Shown here: one piece after another, positions 10,437-27,228 of the stretch
Layout of the letters: every line of letters starts with the position of its first letter
How positions within the stretch are numbered: position 1 is the stretch's first letter
NCBI GenBank assembly: GCA_965223905.1
Contig: CBDCXV010000001.1
Location: 1,248,001 to 1,312,000, forward strand
From: Candidatus Latescibacterota bacterium
GTDB taxonomy: Bacteria; Latescibacterota; UBA2968; UBA8231
Direction of reading: 5' to 3'
DNA length: 64,000 nucleotides
The notes under the pieces: model-generated
Told to the model about the DNA's origin: nothing
What the model saw: the letters and a program-made list of their open reading frames with translations, nothing else
The model's database searches: none
Program-made: the position numbers and the translations under genes

Positions 10437-11228
10437 TCATACCAGAACCTCCTTCTCGAGGTAACTGCTCCAAATAAGGTCCAGGCCCCGGGCGGCCCCC
10501 AGGGGAACCTTCACGTCGACCAGGTGGGATACGTCGCTCGAACCCGGGTTGATCTCTATGGTGGGCCGGCCCATCCGGCTGGCTGCCTCAACCGGCCCCG
10601 AGATATAGGGGAAGAGGCTTGAGGTGCCGATGGAGAAGACGCAGTCGAACCCGAGGGCCAGCTCTTCCTTCAATAGCTGCACCTTGTCGAGGGGAAGCAT
10701 TTCTCCGAACAGCACCACGTCGGGCCGCAGCATGGCCCGGCATCGCGGACACAGCGGCGGAAGCGTGAGATGGCGGAAACCCTCGACTGTCTCCCGGAAG
10801 GGACAGGCCGTGCACATGAGCTGGTGAAGATCCCCGTGTATGTCGATCACGTTCCTCGAGCCCGCGGCGCGATGGAAACCGTCGACGTTCTGGGTCAGGG
10901 TCCAGACCCTTTCGAAGTGGTTCTCGACCTCTACCACCACCTCGTGGGCCCTGTTGAACCGCGCTCCCCGGCAGGCGGCTTCGATCTGTCCCAGGTATTT
11001 CCAGGTGAGCGCCGGATCCCGCCTCATGGTATTTCCCGACAGCACCTTTTCGATAGGCATCCCGTTCTCGGTGGGATCGACTTCGTAGAGCCCTCCCACA
11101 CCCCGGTAGGTCGGAATCCCGGAATCCGCGGAGATGCCGGCCCCGGTGACGAAGAGCACGCTTTCACATCCGTGCAGGAACCCGGCTGCGCGCTCGATCT
11201 CCTGCGCATGGCGGCCGGGGTCGTTCAT
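10437..11228 (-). CDS. cobB: Sir2 family NAD-dependent protein deacylase
   Basis: TGAGISADSGIPTYRG, TQNVDGFH, HGDL, CxxC...CxxC, RPDVVLFGE. Confidence 0.9.
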   Translation of the reverse strand: MNDPGRHAQEIERAAGFLHGCESVLFVTGAGISADSGIPTYRGVGGLYEVDPTENGMPIEKVLSGNTMRRDPALTWKYLGQIEAACRGARFNRAHEVVVEVENHFERVWTLTQNVDGFHRAAGSRNVIDIHGDLHQLMCTACPFRETVEGFRHLTLPPLCPRCRAMLRPDVVLFGEMLPLDKVQLLKEELALGFDCVFSIGTSSLFPYISGPVEAASRMGRPTIEINPGSSDVSHLVDVKVPLGAARGLDLIWSSYLEKEVLV

Positions 11229-11418
11229 TTCGGGGTTTGCCGTATCTGCGGACAAGGGTCCTGTTGGCAAGATATGCAGGGTCGCTCCTCCTTGAAGGGA
11301 ACCGTTTTTTTCCTGGCCGCCGCCGCCGGACGGTCACGTCGGAGCCCAGGCATATTGCCTCACTCTCCAAGTGGCCACGGTTAAGCATCGACCGCATCCC
11401 CGGCCACCCGGAGCTCGT

Positions 11419-12213
11419 TCAATCTTCCAGCCTGTGCCCGCAGTTGGGGCAGTGCCGCGCGTGCTCGTGCCGGCTCTGCAGCTCGTCGACGAAGCCGGCC
11501 CCGAGGATGCCCGCGGGCAGAGCGAACATGCCGATCCCCATCACCGCGATGCAGGCGGCGATCATCTTTCCCACCGCCGTGACCGGGTAGTAGTCGCCGT
11601 ACCCGACCGTGGTCAGGGTGATCACCCCCCACCACATGGTCTGCGGGATGCTGGAGAACTTGTCCGGCTGATCGTCGTGCTCGGCGAAGTACATGAGCGA
11701 GGCGGAGATCACCAGCAGGGTCAGCAGCACGAAGAAGATGCTGGTCAGCTCTCCCCGTTTTCCCACCACCACCCGCCCTAGCAGCCTGAGGGCGCTCGAA
11801 TAGCGAAACAGTTTCGCCAGGCGGAAGAAGCGCAGCATGCGGACAATGCGGATAAACCGCATGTCGATGCCGACCAGCGGCAGGTAGAGCGGCAGAATGG
11901 CAAGCAGATCGATGAGGGCCATCGGCGTCACGAAGAACCGGAGCCGGCCAATGATGGGGCGGGGGTACTTCGGGTCCGCGGTGCAGGACCACAGCCGCAG
12001 GACGTACTCGATGCTGAAGATGATAAGGGAGATCCGCTCGAACCAATGGAAGGCGGCCGGACTCAGGGAATAGACCGGTTTAACCGTTTCCAGGGTCAGG
12101 GCCAGGATGTTGAGGAAAATTAGCCCGATGATGCCCAGGTCCACGGCCCGGCTGTGGGGGTCTCCGTCGGTCGACACGGCCAGGAGATGGTGAACACGCT
12201 CCTTCAGCGGCAT
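11419..12213 (-). CDS. Voltage-gated-type potassium channel (ion transporter)
   Basis: TTVGYGD selectivity filter; Arg-rich S4 segment; C-terminal CPNC. Confidence 0.92.
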   Translation of the reverse strand: MPLKERVHHLLAVSTDGDPHSRAVDLGIIGLIFLNILALTLETVKPVYSLSPAAFHWFERISLIIFSIEYVLRLWSCTADPKYPRPIIGRLRFFVTPMALIDLLAILPLYLPLVGIDMRFIRIVRMLRFFRLAKLFRYSSALRLLGRVVVGKRGELTSIFFVLLTLLVISASLMYFAEHDDQPDKFSSIPQTMWWGVITLTTVGYGDYYPVTAVGKMIAACIAVMGIGMFALPAGILGAGFVDELQSRHEHARHCPNCGHRLED

Positions 12214-12308
12214 GGAATACCTCGCGGGTTGGAAATACGGATAGCAGGGATTCAGGGATCAGTTGGTTGTAAACCATATCCCCGGTCGAACAGGTCATAC
12301 GTCTTCTG

Positions 12309-12360
12309 GCTACCGCCCATCCTTCGGACAGGACTTCGGCCTGTTCCAGCACGGTCTGCG
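12309..12360 (-). repeat. Displaced copy of the extreme hsdR 3' end
   Basis: Matches 14352-14402; encodes [17 protein letters not shown]. Confidence 0.9.
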
Positions 12361-12416
12361 CTTCTGGGGTAGCAGGGCATCCAACAACGTTCCAGGTGTG
12401 CGGCAACGGCAATCGC

Positions 12417-12653
12417 TCAGTGATCCGCCTTGGCCTCCGTTACCTCTGCCACCTCCACCACCTCGGCAGTCGCTTGGGGTTCCGGGACGGGTTCGCCGTC
12501 ATCACGCATACCTTCGATATGGAACTCGATGGCCTCTCTGATTTCGTCCAGCAACTCTTCCCGGGTGCTCGCCGTAGCAACGCATCCGGGAAGGTCGGGC
12601 ACATAGGCCGCATAGTTGTTGGGGGACTGTTCAATTACGATGGTGTATTTCAT
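12417..12653 (-). CDS. hicB: HicB family antitoxin
   Basis: MKYTIVIEQSPNNYAAYVPDLPGCVATA...IREAIEFHIEG...PVPEP. Confidence 0.9.
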   Translation of the reverse strand: MKYTIVIEQSPNNYAAYVPDLPGCVATASTREELLDEIREAIEFHIEGMRDDGEPVPEPQATAEVVEVAEVTEAKADH

Positions 12654-12661
12654 GGGCAGGA

Positions 12662-12823
12662 TTACTCCTTCAGGCCGGATTGTTTCAATATGCTGTTCCA
12701 GGTTCCTGGAGGAAGGTCGTCGCCTGGCTTTCCGGGAATGGTTACACGGCCAGGTTTTTCTGGATGTTTGAATTGGCGGTGGCTTCCCCTGGTACGAACC
12801 AGCCGCCATCCGTCCCGCTCTAT
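12662..12823 (-). pseudogene. hicA: HicA toxin whose N-terminus is replaced by an hsdR fragment
   Basis: IERDGWRLVRTRGSHRQFKHPEKPGRVTIPG preceded in frame by hsdR-derived [12 protein letters not shown]. Confidence 0.8.
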
Positions 12824-12871
12824 CGGCGGATAGCCGTGCTTGCGCAAGATGCGGCGCACCAGGACTCGAAG
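12824..12871 (-). repeat. Displaced copy of an hsdR 3' segment
   Basis: 47/48 nt identical to 14423-14470. Confidence 0.95.
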
Positions 12872-12912
12872 CTTCGATCTTTTCTTTGTAGCGGCGCGCC
12901 AGGTTCAGTCGC

Positions 12913-14169
12913 TCAGTCATCCGCCCCGTTCCCCTCAAACTGCCGGCGCACTTCTCCGGTGCCCACGAATTGGGACAATAGTCGGTAGTTGCCCAACTCA
13001 TGGCGGACACGGCCGGCGATGACTGCCGGGTGGACCTGGGCTTCCCACGCCATTTGCAGCACTGCCATCGGCCCCGGGTTTTCCAGGATAATGCCGTCGT
13101 CCCAGATTTCCGGCGGGGTCAGGGCGTCCTGCGCGAACTGGTCCGCCTCGTGTTCCGTGGGGTCGCTTCCGCCGGATTCAACACCGCGCAGACTGAGGTC
13201 ATCCACGAAGCCGGTCTCGTCGCTGCCGGTGCCCAAGTGGAGCCCGACGTGGCCCAGTTCGTGCAACAGGGTGAACCAGAAGTTATCGATGCGGTCGTAG
13301 CGCAGGGTCAGCCCGACCACCGGCCGGCCGTCGGGGAGCCGGAGCGCCGCGCCGTCCAGATGGGTTCGGGGCAGATGGGGCACGTACTCCAAGCCGATGC
13401 CGTTCCCGGCCAGGAAGTCGCGGGCCCGACCCGGGCCGTCTTCCCGCGTGCTCAGGCGGGCCACCTCCCGCAGGAACTCGGGAGTAACCGCACCTGAGCG
13501 GCCGGGGCTCATCCCGCGCTCCCGGGCCCTGGCGATCACCTTCCAGCACCACGCCTGCAGTGCGTAGTCGTCGGTCTTGGCGTTGATCCGCCGCTGGTCG
13601 TTCCTGCGGTACATCGGCCGGGTGGCGAACTTCCGTCCCCCGGCCTGATCGATCAGGCCGCCGATCAGCTCCTCGGCGCGGTCCTTCAGGTCGGGGGCAT
13701 CGGGTATCCAGGCCGCCCTGGCCATTGCCTTCAGCGGAAACCGGGTCCACTCGAAACCGGGCAGTTGCTCGGGCAGCGTTGCGCCGGGCTCTTGCAGCAG
13801 CAGGTCCGCCGGTATCCGGAGATGCCGATGCAGCGCCCGGGCCATGGCCATGGTGATGGAGCGCTTGCCCGACAGGACTTCGGACACCTTGGCGCTGCTT
13901 CCAAGGAACGGTATGAGGTCCCTCTGAGTCATGCCCATCTGGTCCATCTCAAATTCGATGGCGGCTGTTACGCTGGGAAACCCGGTGGGATAGTGCTTGT
14001 CTTCGTATCGCTCAACCAGGTCGGAGAGGACGTCGAGCTCGAGCCTTCGAGGATCGTCTTCGTCCTCGATCTGCCCTTCCGGCGGTGAAAGAGCATCCAT
14101 GAGCTCCGATATGCGGGCCAATGCCGCTTCGTAGTCTTCCTCGGTGCGGATCGGCCGGATGGCTGCCAT
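12913..14169 (-). CDS. HigA-type HTH antitoxin fused to ImmA/IrrE metallopeptidase
   Basis: IRTEEDYEAAL...VSEVLSGKRSIT; RYDRIDNFWFTLLHELGH (HExxH). Confidence 0.88.
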   Translation of the reverse strand: MAAIRPIRTEEDYEAALARISELMDALSPPEGQIEDEDDPRRLELDVLSDLVERYEDKHYPTGFPSVTAAIEFEMDQMGMTQRDLIPFLGSSAKVSEVLSGKRSITMAMARALHRHLRIPADLLLQEPGATLPEQLPGFEWTRFPLKAMARAAWIPDAPDLKDRAEELIGGLIDQAGGRKFATRPMYRRNDQRRINAKTDDYALQAWCWKVIARARERGMSPGRSGAVTPEFLREVARLSTREDGPGRARDFLAGNGIGLEYVPHLPRTHLDGAALRLPDGRPVVGLTLRYDRIDNFWFTLLHELGHVGLHLGTGSDETGFVDDLSLRGVESGGSDPTEHEADQFAQDALTPPEIWDDGIILENPGPMAVLQMAWEAQVHPAVIAGRVRHELGNYRLLSQFVGTGEVRRQFEGNGADD

Positions 14170-14171
14170 TT

Positions 14172-14347
14172 CTACACCTCCTCGACGTTGATCCGGTTGT
14201 ATTCGGCGTGAGTGCCCACGAACCGTACATACACTACTCGTCCGGGGTAGAAGACTCTGGCGACCAGGCGATAGTCGTTGCCCTTGATTCGAAACACCAC
14301 GCACGAAAATGTTGCGGGAGAAGGAATAAAGGAACCGGTCATACCTC

Positions 14348-14351
<4 letters not shown>
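14172..14351 (-). pseudogene. higB: HigB toxin, C-terminal half only
   Basis: VVFRIKGNDYRLVARVFY...VYVRFVGTHAEYNRI; N-terminal half absent, abuts the hsdR stop. Confidence 0.8.
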
Positions 14352-17490
<3,139 letters not shown>

Positions 17491-17494
<4 letters not shown>

Positions 17495-17910
17495 GGGGGA
17501 TCCCAAGGGTTGACGAGCTCGACATTCAAGCATTCGAAGTCCCTCACGTTACGAGTGACTATCGCCATGCCGTTGGCCATTGCGGTTCCTGCGATAAGCG
17601 CGTCGCCGAGCTCCAACTTTCCACCACTCCGATGCACGCGCGCCTGGAATGCAGCGGCCCACTCGGCTTCCCGCCTCCCAATCGGCGATACGCGCCCTTC
17701 AAAGTCCGCCAGAAGCAGAGACAGCCATTCCCTCAATCTATCGCGGCGGCCGCCCTCCGGGAGAAGTTGAACACCCAATTCAAGCTCCTCGACGACGATA
17801 GCCGGGAGCCACAGATTTTCCTGTGCGTTCAGATAGTCCATGACACCCGGGTCCGGATTTTCCCTGGTCAATTCCGAAACCACATTGGTGTCAAGGAGAT
17901 AACCGCTCAT
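17491..17910 (-). CDS. vapC: VapC PIN-domain toxin
   Basis: [10 protein letters not shown]...DALIAGTA...IVTRNVRDF...NPW; ATGA-coupled to hsdR. Confidence 0.92.
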
Positions 17911-18185
17911 TCGTCCGCTTCGTCGATAAACGGAATTTTGCGGCTACTCTTGCGGCAACTCGGGATCTCAAGGTTGGTGCCGCGTGGCGTATTTGCAACG
18001 AGCCACTGGCCCAAGGGTATGGACTCCGGTGCCCGAGCCTGCCATACATGCTCGGGCACTACGATGAAAGGTCGCCGGGCACCGATGCGCTGGGGACCCT
18101 GCGTTTCGGCTAGACGCAGGATTTCGGACAGCCGAGCCTTGGCCTCGGCAACCGTCCAGACGCGGCCGGGATCGGAGGCAAGCAT
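17907..18185 (-). CDS. Phd/YefM family antitoxin
   Basis: WTVAEAKARLSEILRLAETQGPQRI. Confidence 0.85.
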   Translation of the reverse strand: MLASDPGRVWTVAEAKARLSEILRLAETQGPQRIGARRPFIVVPEHVWQARAPESIPLGQWLVANTPRGTNLEIPSCRKSSRKIPFIDEADE

Positions 18186-18214
18186 GGTTGGTCTCCCTTT
18201 GAGAAAGGTTGATG

Positions 18215-18249
18215 TAGTCTATAATAGACTATGACCTTTCGTCAGGCAA
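18215..18249 (-). promoter_or_regulatory. phd-vapC promoter/operator
   Basis: Minus-strand TTGCCT-N17-TATTAT; perfect palindrome TAGTCTAT-A-ATAGACTA at 18215-18231. Confidence 0.7.
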
Positions 18250-18262
18250 GCTGGCAAGGGAA

Positions 18263-18362
18263 ATCAGGGGGATATCCGGGGCCCAGGGAGGAACTGCCAA
18301 CCGACGCCGAAGAGCCAAGCTAGGGAGGCCTGTTTAACGTCGGTTTCGGTGAGGGTGGTAAT
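18263..18362 (-). repeat. Decayed copy of the hsdR 5' end
   Basis: Aligns to 17396-17494; start ATG changed to ATT; [23 protein letters not shown]. Confidence 0.9.
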
Positions 18363-18366
18363 GGAG

Positions 18367-19385
18367 CTACCCAATGGTGAATGGACGACTATCTGCAACC
18401 TCTTTCATTTGTAGGTTATTTTCTTTAAAAAACTTCAATAGGGCTTGCCCATAGGTAACCATAGGTTCAAAACCGACAATCCTTGACAACTCTCTCCCCG
18501 ATCGGGTCAAAGCCACGCCCGACACCCGAAATTCTTTGTTCGGGTCACGTTCAGTAGTGGGGGATAAGACCCAATATTTGCCCTGATAAGAGAAAGGGAT
18601 GAACAACATGCCCACTTCAGCTTTGGATGGAAAAGGCTCTATGCACAGATTGTAGTCGAACCAAGAGTTGTAGTCAGAGATGATGAGTCCATGCTCGTTA
18701 AGCACGTTTAGTTTGTCGAAGTTGAGCCCATACTCTTCAAGGGCATTTGTTGCCGCATTACCTCCTATTGAAGGGACTCTGGTATCAAGGAAATGGCGAC
18801 CCTCCGTTTTTACCGATATACAGGCTGAGCATAACTTTGTAAAGAGCTTGGCTGTTTCCTGTTCGAGATTCCGTAGGATGCTCAAAGTTTGTATGGACGT
18901 ACTCTTGGGTCGTTCTACTTCGCCTGCAAGAACCTTAGCCCATAGCCGTTGCATTTCTTCGGAAGATACGTCTTGGACATCGTTAAAGAATCGCGCTGTC
19001 CAGTCGTTATCAACTTCGTGATTTTGGACTTCCCCGTCTCCAAGTTCCAGAGCTGCCTGCTTTACTACCGACCCGATGTTTGCCTGGCGTTTCTCTTCTT
19101 GAAATTGAATCCTCTGAGTAACAAAGTCACCAAGGATTAGTTCTCCATGAATTTTGGCATCCGAAGCTAAAAGAGTCGACCGAGCATCCGATTGAGCCTT
19201 GGCAATCAACTGAACTGTGGAGGCTCGCCCAACTGTCAGGATTTCCTGTTCTTTTACTTCCCCCTCTGCAGCAATCACTTTCGCTTCGGCTTCTCTGCGA
19301 GCCTTCCAAGGTGCCAACATTGAACCAGCAACACTGCCAATACCGCTTGCCGCATAGTCCAACAATTTTTCCAGAGCTGGTACTT

Positions 19386-19401
<16 letters not shown>
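18367..19401 (-). CDS. DUF2806-like protein
   Basis: KRQANI...VDNDWTARFFNDVQDVSSEEMQRLWAKVLAGEVERP...SIQTLSILRNL; visibly AT-richer than flanks. Confidence 0.75.
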
Positions 19402-21073
<1,672 letters not shown>

Positions 21074-21077
<4 letters not shown>

Positions 21078-21493
21078 TCCCAAGGCTCCCCTGTCATGGC
21101 GCTGTAGAGCTTGATGGCGTCGCTTATGAACTCCGGGATTACGGTAATGGCATTGGCGGCCTTTTCCCGGTCGTAATTGTGTGTGGTGTCTATGCGAGTT
21201 TGTACATAGAGCTCCCACTGTTCGCCACCCGCGGCCAGCAGGTGGTTCTCATCAGCAAGACGGAATATGGGCCTGGGGCTGTTGGGGGTTTCGGCGATTC
21301 CAAGGGCCTCCACGAGATGGCGCCTGAGGATTTTCCACAAGGTGTCAAAACAGATTTCGAACCGTTGGATTACCGATTCCGCCATGCCTTCTTGAACGAA
21401 CGACGGATAATCCCTCGGCAGGTTAAGCAGGTGGTCGTGCTGCGTCTCCAGATTCTTCAGGGACATTTGGAGGTTGCTGTAGTCTATTGGCAT
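21074..21493 (-). CDS. HEPN-type (HI0074-like nucleotidyltransferase substrate-binding) protein
   Basis: SVIQRFEICFDTLWKILRRHL, SPRPIFR, RIDTTHNY (Rx4H); ATGA overlap with MNT-hsdS. Confidence 0.85.
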
Positions 21494-21495
21494 GG

Positions 21496-21696
21496 TTATA
21501 CCTCGTCGGAAGTAGCGCGGGGCTCCGGGACGGGGTCCCCGTCTTCACGCATGCCTTCGAGGTGGAACTCGATGGCCTCGCGGATTTCTTCCTGCAACTC
21601 TTCCCGGCTGGTCCCCGTCGCCACGCAGCCGGGCAGGTCGGGCACGTAGGCCGCGTAGTTGTTGGGGGTCTTTTCGATTTGGACCGCGTATTTCAT
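21496..21696 (-). CDS. hicB: Orphan HicB family antitoxin
   Basis: MKYAVQIEKTPNNYAAYVPDLPGCVATG; paralog of 12417..12653; no hicA upstream. Confidence 0.85.
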   Translation of the reverse strand: MKYAVQIEKTPNNYAAYVPDLPGCVATGTSREELQEEIREAIEFHLEGMREDGDPVPEPRATSDEV

Positions 21697-21727
21697 GGGC
21701 TGGTTCTGCCCATCCGGCATTATCCCC

Positions 21728-21889
21728 TCACTTGTTCGCCGCGGCTTTGGGAAGTTCCCGCACGGCGGCGCGGGTCCGCTGCTCGGCTGTAGCGAGATCA
21801 AACTGGGTCTGGAGGTTTATCCAGAATTGAGGCTCGACACCGAACCAGTGCCCGAACCGCAGCGCGGTATCCCCGGTCACGGAGCGCTC
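21728..21889 (-). pseudogene. HigA antitoxin C-terminal relic
   Basis: Manual translation ERSVTGDTALRFGHWFGVEPQFWINLQTQFDLATAE. Confidence 0.8.
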
Positions 21890-21946
21890 GGATGTACTTC
21901 GGTCGGTCGAATCATTGTGCTGCGCCCTCCATACTTGGTCAGATGG

Positions 21947-22278
21947 CTATTCTCCGTACATCTCTCCAATAAGGCGCCTGAGTTGGCCGGCTGCTTCGGC
22001 AGACAATTTGTCGATCTGGTCCTCAGTCGCTGCTTGCTGATGGTGCGGATCTGGTCCACGGCAATTTCAGCTTTCTTGCTCGCGCATTGGATTTGCAGCC
22101 GGCTCCGCCACTGAGGATGCAACGCGTAGGTGAGAGGACAGACGACAACGGTATCGAGGAACTGATTCATCTCATTCTGACCGACCACAACCACCGGCCG
22201 CACCTTGCGGATTTCCCCTTCCACGGTGGGATTGAGATCGGCAAAGTAGATGGCGTATCGCTGCGGAAAAGCCGCCAT
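21947..22278 (-). pseudogene. mazF: MazF/PemK toxin, frameshifted near 22020
   Basis: ADLNPTVEGEIRKVRPVVVV...DQIRTISKQRL; expected tail QIDKLSAEAAGQLRRLIGEMYGE* lies in another frame. Confidence 0.75.
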
Positions 22279-22520
22279 CAATCGAGACCATCGGCGACCG
22301 CGGTGTCGAGATCGCTCCAGTCTTCACGGTCGGATGCCATTGCGCGGTAGGTTTCTTTCCAGGAGAGCTTGTTCTTTTCGTTGCTGTAGAGGAAGATTCC
22401 CTCCTCGGTTTCTTCGAGGAGAAGGGAGTCTCCCCAGCCGTATTTTTGCAGCAGGATCTTTGGGATGCGGATGCCCTTCGAGTTGCCGATGTCGATCAGT
22501 TTGATATCTCTGGTTGCCAT
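22278..22520 (-). CDS. mazE: AbrB/MazE family antitoxin
   Basis: KLIDIGNSKGIRIPKILL; upstream TTGACA and GTAATTAC palindrome. Confidence 0.88.
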   Translation of the reverse strand: MATRDIKLIDIGNSKGIRIPKILLQKYGWGDSLLLEETEEGIFLYSNEKNKLSWKETYRAMASDREDWSDLDTAVADGLD

Positions 22521-22579
22521 TGCCTGGAGTTTCTCCTGAAAGAAACACTGTAATTCCAGTAATTACTTGTTGAGTGGTG

Positions 22580-22657
22580 TCAAGCCTGCCAGCGGATGCG
22601 CTCCATCCAGGCGAAGGCGATTTGTGCGCCGTCGGCTTCGGTGACGTTGATGGTCAT
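22580..22657 (-). pseudogene. Relic of a more distant hsdR N-terminus
   Basis: MTINVTEADGAQIAFAWMERIRWQA* resembles [23 protein letters not shown]. Confidence 0.55.
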
Positions 22658-22747
22658 GGTCCCACGCTAACCCAGGTTCGAATCGTTTATTCGGTCACAC
22701 TCCGGGAGTCATCCCGCAGAGGCGGGCTTACCCCGGATGGTCATTGC

Positions 22748-22837
22748 CACCAGGTCCAGGTCGCTCCCCCTCATGGCTCTCGCCATAGACCCGGCTGCCC
22801 AGTGCCCAGACCTCAGGGGCACATGCTCACGCAGCAG
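22748..22837 (-). pseudogene. Frameshifted MNT-domain relic
   Basis: LLREHVP/EVWALGSRVYGESHEG/SDLDLV, same MNT type as the HsdS N-terminus. Confidence 0.7.
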
Positions 22838-22994
22838 TCACAGCCTCGCCAATGATCTCGAACTCGCGCTCTACCGCGGCTCGCAGCATGGCGTCGCGCT
22901 GATAATCGTCAAAGGTCTGTCCGGTAACGAATTCATCCAATAAGCGCGCAGCTTTGTGGATGTCATACAGGTATTTCCGAGCTTCAAGCCGCAT
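22827..22994 (-). pseudogene. DUF86/HepT toxin, truncated
   Basis: MRLEARKYLYDI...FDDYQRDAMLRAAVEREFEIIGEA*; Rx4H catalytic half missing. Confidence 0.8.
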
Positions 22995-23292
22995 AGAGCC
23001 GTGTCCTGGTCTCTTCGACTCGTTGACGGAAGAAGGGGTTCTTTATGGCGGAATCAACGACGAGGTCCACAGGATGCCCGAAGAGGGATTCCAGAGCCTC
23101 CAACAGCCCGAAGTAGGCGTCGGCATAGGCTCGAAAAGCCTCCGGCCGAAACTCCACCACGAAGTCCAGGTCGCTCTCCTCCGGGCGGTGTTCGCCGGTA
23201 ACAGCCGAGCCGAAAAGGTCCAGCCGCGACACGTTGTAGCGGACGCAAAGCTGTTCCAGTTCGCCGACCCGTTTCTCGACAATAGGTATCAT
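22984..23292 (-). CDS. MntA-type minimal nucleotidyltransferase antitoxin
   Basis: LDLFGSAVTG...ESDLDFVVEF...LESLFGHPVDLV...KNPFF. Confidence 0.9.
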   Translation of the reverse strand: MIPIVEKRVGELEQLCVRYNVSRLDLFGSAVTGEHRPEESDLDFVVEFRPEAFRAYADAYFGLLEALESLFGHPVDLVVDSAIKNPFFRQRVEETRTRLYAA

Positions 23293-23331
23293 CGGACGCT
23301 CTCCTGATAAAGAGGTCTCTCTATCCCATAT

Positions 23332-25073
23332 TCACTGCTTGAATGGCCGATACTCGACCAGTGCCGACCGTCCCACGATTTCCACGATTCGCGCGGTCAT
23401 CTCGACGCCATTGACATCGGTGAGCCTCAGGTCTTCCCCAGGTGCAAAATGCACCGGCTGCTGCTGGCCCTGGTTGATGGCGATGTTCGAGGCGTAGAGA
23501 TAGGTCCGGTCGAGGGTGTCTCGTTTAGGATTCAGACGCCCCTTGAGCCCGGGAATGTCACCGGTTGCCTCGGGAAGAATCACCGCGCCGCCGCCGGAAA
23601 GGGGTTTGAGTTCCACGGCCAACGCACCATCCCCCGGGACCCACCCAAGTTCAAGGTGTGCGGCAAAGCCCTTGTCGGCGACGTACACCGTCATGGGAAG
23701 GTCCGTCGCGTACAAGTCCATCGCCGCTTCTCCGTTCGCGTCTGTCATGGCTCGTTTCCAAGTGTTGTTGGGAAACAGCGCCAGTAAATCGGCTCCCGCG
23801 ACCGGCCGATCATCTCGACGAACCGTCACCGCGACAGTGGCTGGCGTGGCATTCGTGGCCGCGGCGGGAAGCGTCAGGAAGAGGTCTGACTCAGCAAGAA
23901 TCCAATACTTGGCGGTTTTCCCGCTCAACGCCTCGGTCTCGCGCAGGATAATGGGAACGCCATCGCCGCGACGCTCCATGAAGAATTGACGCTTTTCGGA
24001 CCCGGGAATGTCGCCAACGGGCATTCGTCCGAGCGCGGATGCGATGGTTTCGTTGCGCGTCGCTTGCCGAGCTGCCATGCTGTCGATGGTGAGATTGTTC
24101 GCCAGTCCACCCGGCGAATTGATTTCTATGCGGTCTGCAAACATGGACATTCGAATTCGGCTGCCGCGGATCGAATAGTCCCGATGAGCGACGGCATTCA
24201 CCATCGCCTCGAAAAGTGCTTCGGCACTGTACTGAGGAAGGTCCATGCGGGCAGGTTTCTTGTACGCCCCAACGCGCATGTTGCGCATCACAAAAGCCAT
24301 TGCGTCCGCCACCTGCTGGTTGATCGGACCCGTGATGATCCGCGCATCCAGTTGGCCGGATGCCCGGTCCTTCCCGCGATAGTGGGTCGCGGTAACGCAA
24401 GCGTTGGGAAGCCACTGCTCGGGGGTGTGGGTACACAGGAGAATCCCCGCCACGGTGGCTCTCACTGCGCCGTTCTCATCCCTGCCCAACAGCGCGAGTT
24501 TTTCCAGTGCCGTTTCGGGACCGGCCCGGCCGCTCGCGCTGAGCAGCGGCTTCCAAAGTGTTTCCTCCAGCGTGCGGAACCCGGTATTCGGAACGGGCTG
24601 CTCGTCGAACCAGCGATAACGCGCCTGGCCGCGCTGTTGAGCCAATCGCATTCGCTCGTCGCTGGCCATCTGGCGTTTGGAACTACCGACGCGCCGGAAG
24701 CTGCCACCCGGACTGTCGTACTGCGCGGTGCCTTTGGCTACTGAGACGGCCAACAGTGCTTTGTCGTCGAGTTTGTGGCGGGTAATGGCTACGTCGAAGA
24801 GCGGTGGCTTGATCGAGTGGGAACACAACTCGACCACCATGCGTTCCAAAGCGTTCATTTGTTCTCGCGACATGCCCTGTACTTCACCGGCGTCGGTGAC
24901 ACCACAGAGCAGCACACCGCCGCCGGCATTGGCAAAAGCCGCTATTTCATCTGCCAAGTCGTTTCGTTTTGGTGCCGTCGGACGGTCGGCCCGGAACTCG
25001 ACCTGCTTGAACTCCCAGTAGCTGTCCTCACCTGAATCCAGTTGGCGTTTGATATCGTCCGTGTTCATTCGGA

Positions 25074-25077
<4 letters not shown>
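23332..25077 (-). CDS. Schlafen/AlbA_2 domain + RecG-C/HATPase_c_4-like protein with extra C-terminal domain
   Basis: GEDSYWEFK...[16 protein letters not shown]; [12 protein letters not shown]...IEINSPGGL...RN...ERRGDGV; ATGA-coupled to hsdM. Confidence 0.8.
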
Positions 25078-26675
<1,598 letters not shown>

Positions 26676-26700
26676 TGAGATGATTTCTTGCGTTTGTAAC

Positions 26701-27228
26701 TCAACGTCTCAGCTTGCGGTACTCCTCGCACGACTCAGACAATGAAGGCGGGACGGGTGACCGGAGTTCTTGGATCTCATGGCACATCCGGAACAGTTCG
26801 TCTGCAAAGGAGCGTTGCTCTTTCGGTTTCCGGCGGGGATACCTCTCATTTTCGATAACAGATTCGCCGTCAAGGTAGGCAAACCAAGTCTCTATATTCC
26901 GTCGCGGAACGAGGATGATCACAGGTTCTTCCGTTTTTCTTGGATCTACCTTTTGGATCGTGCACTCATCGTCAAGCTGAGATCGGCGGAATTGAGTCGT
27001 ATGCTTGTCCGCGTCGATGGCGACGATCAGGAAGGCGTTTTGCCGGCTTCGAATCGCCTTCAATTGGTCGGGATACTTCTCACGAACCCATTGCTCGCCG
27101 GATCGGGATCCATGTGGAATCGGAAACGTTCTGATGTCGTGAGGTGTGAATTGCCGCCGGCGAAGAAAACGGCGTACGAACGTGTCTGTCGCTGCATCCT
27201 CGCAGAGCAGGACGATGCGGACGCTCAT
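26701..27228 (-). CDS. TOPRIM-like (RloB/DUF4276-type) putative nuclease
   Basis: LLCED, AIDAD (DxD), NIETW; ATGA-coupled to the ABC ATPase. Confidence 0.6.
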   Translation of the reverse strand: MSVRIVLLCEDAATDTFVRRFLRRRQFTPHDIRTFPIPHGSRSGEQWVREKYPDQLKAIRSRQNAFLIVAIDADKHTTQFRRSQLDDECTIQKVDPRKTEEPVIILVPRRNIETWFAYLDGESVIENERYPRRKPKEQRSFADELFRMCHEIQELRSPVPPSLSESCEEYRKLRR

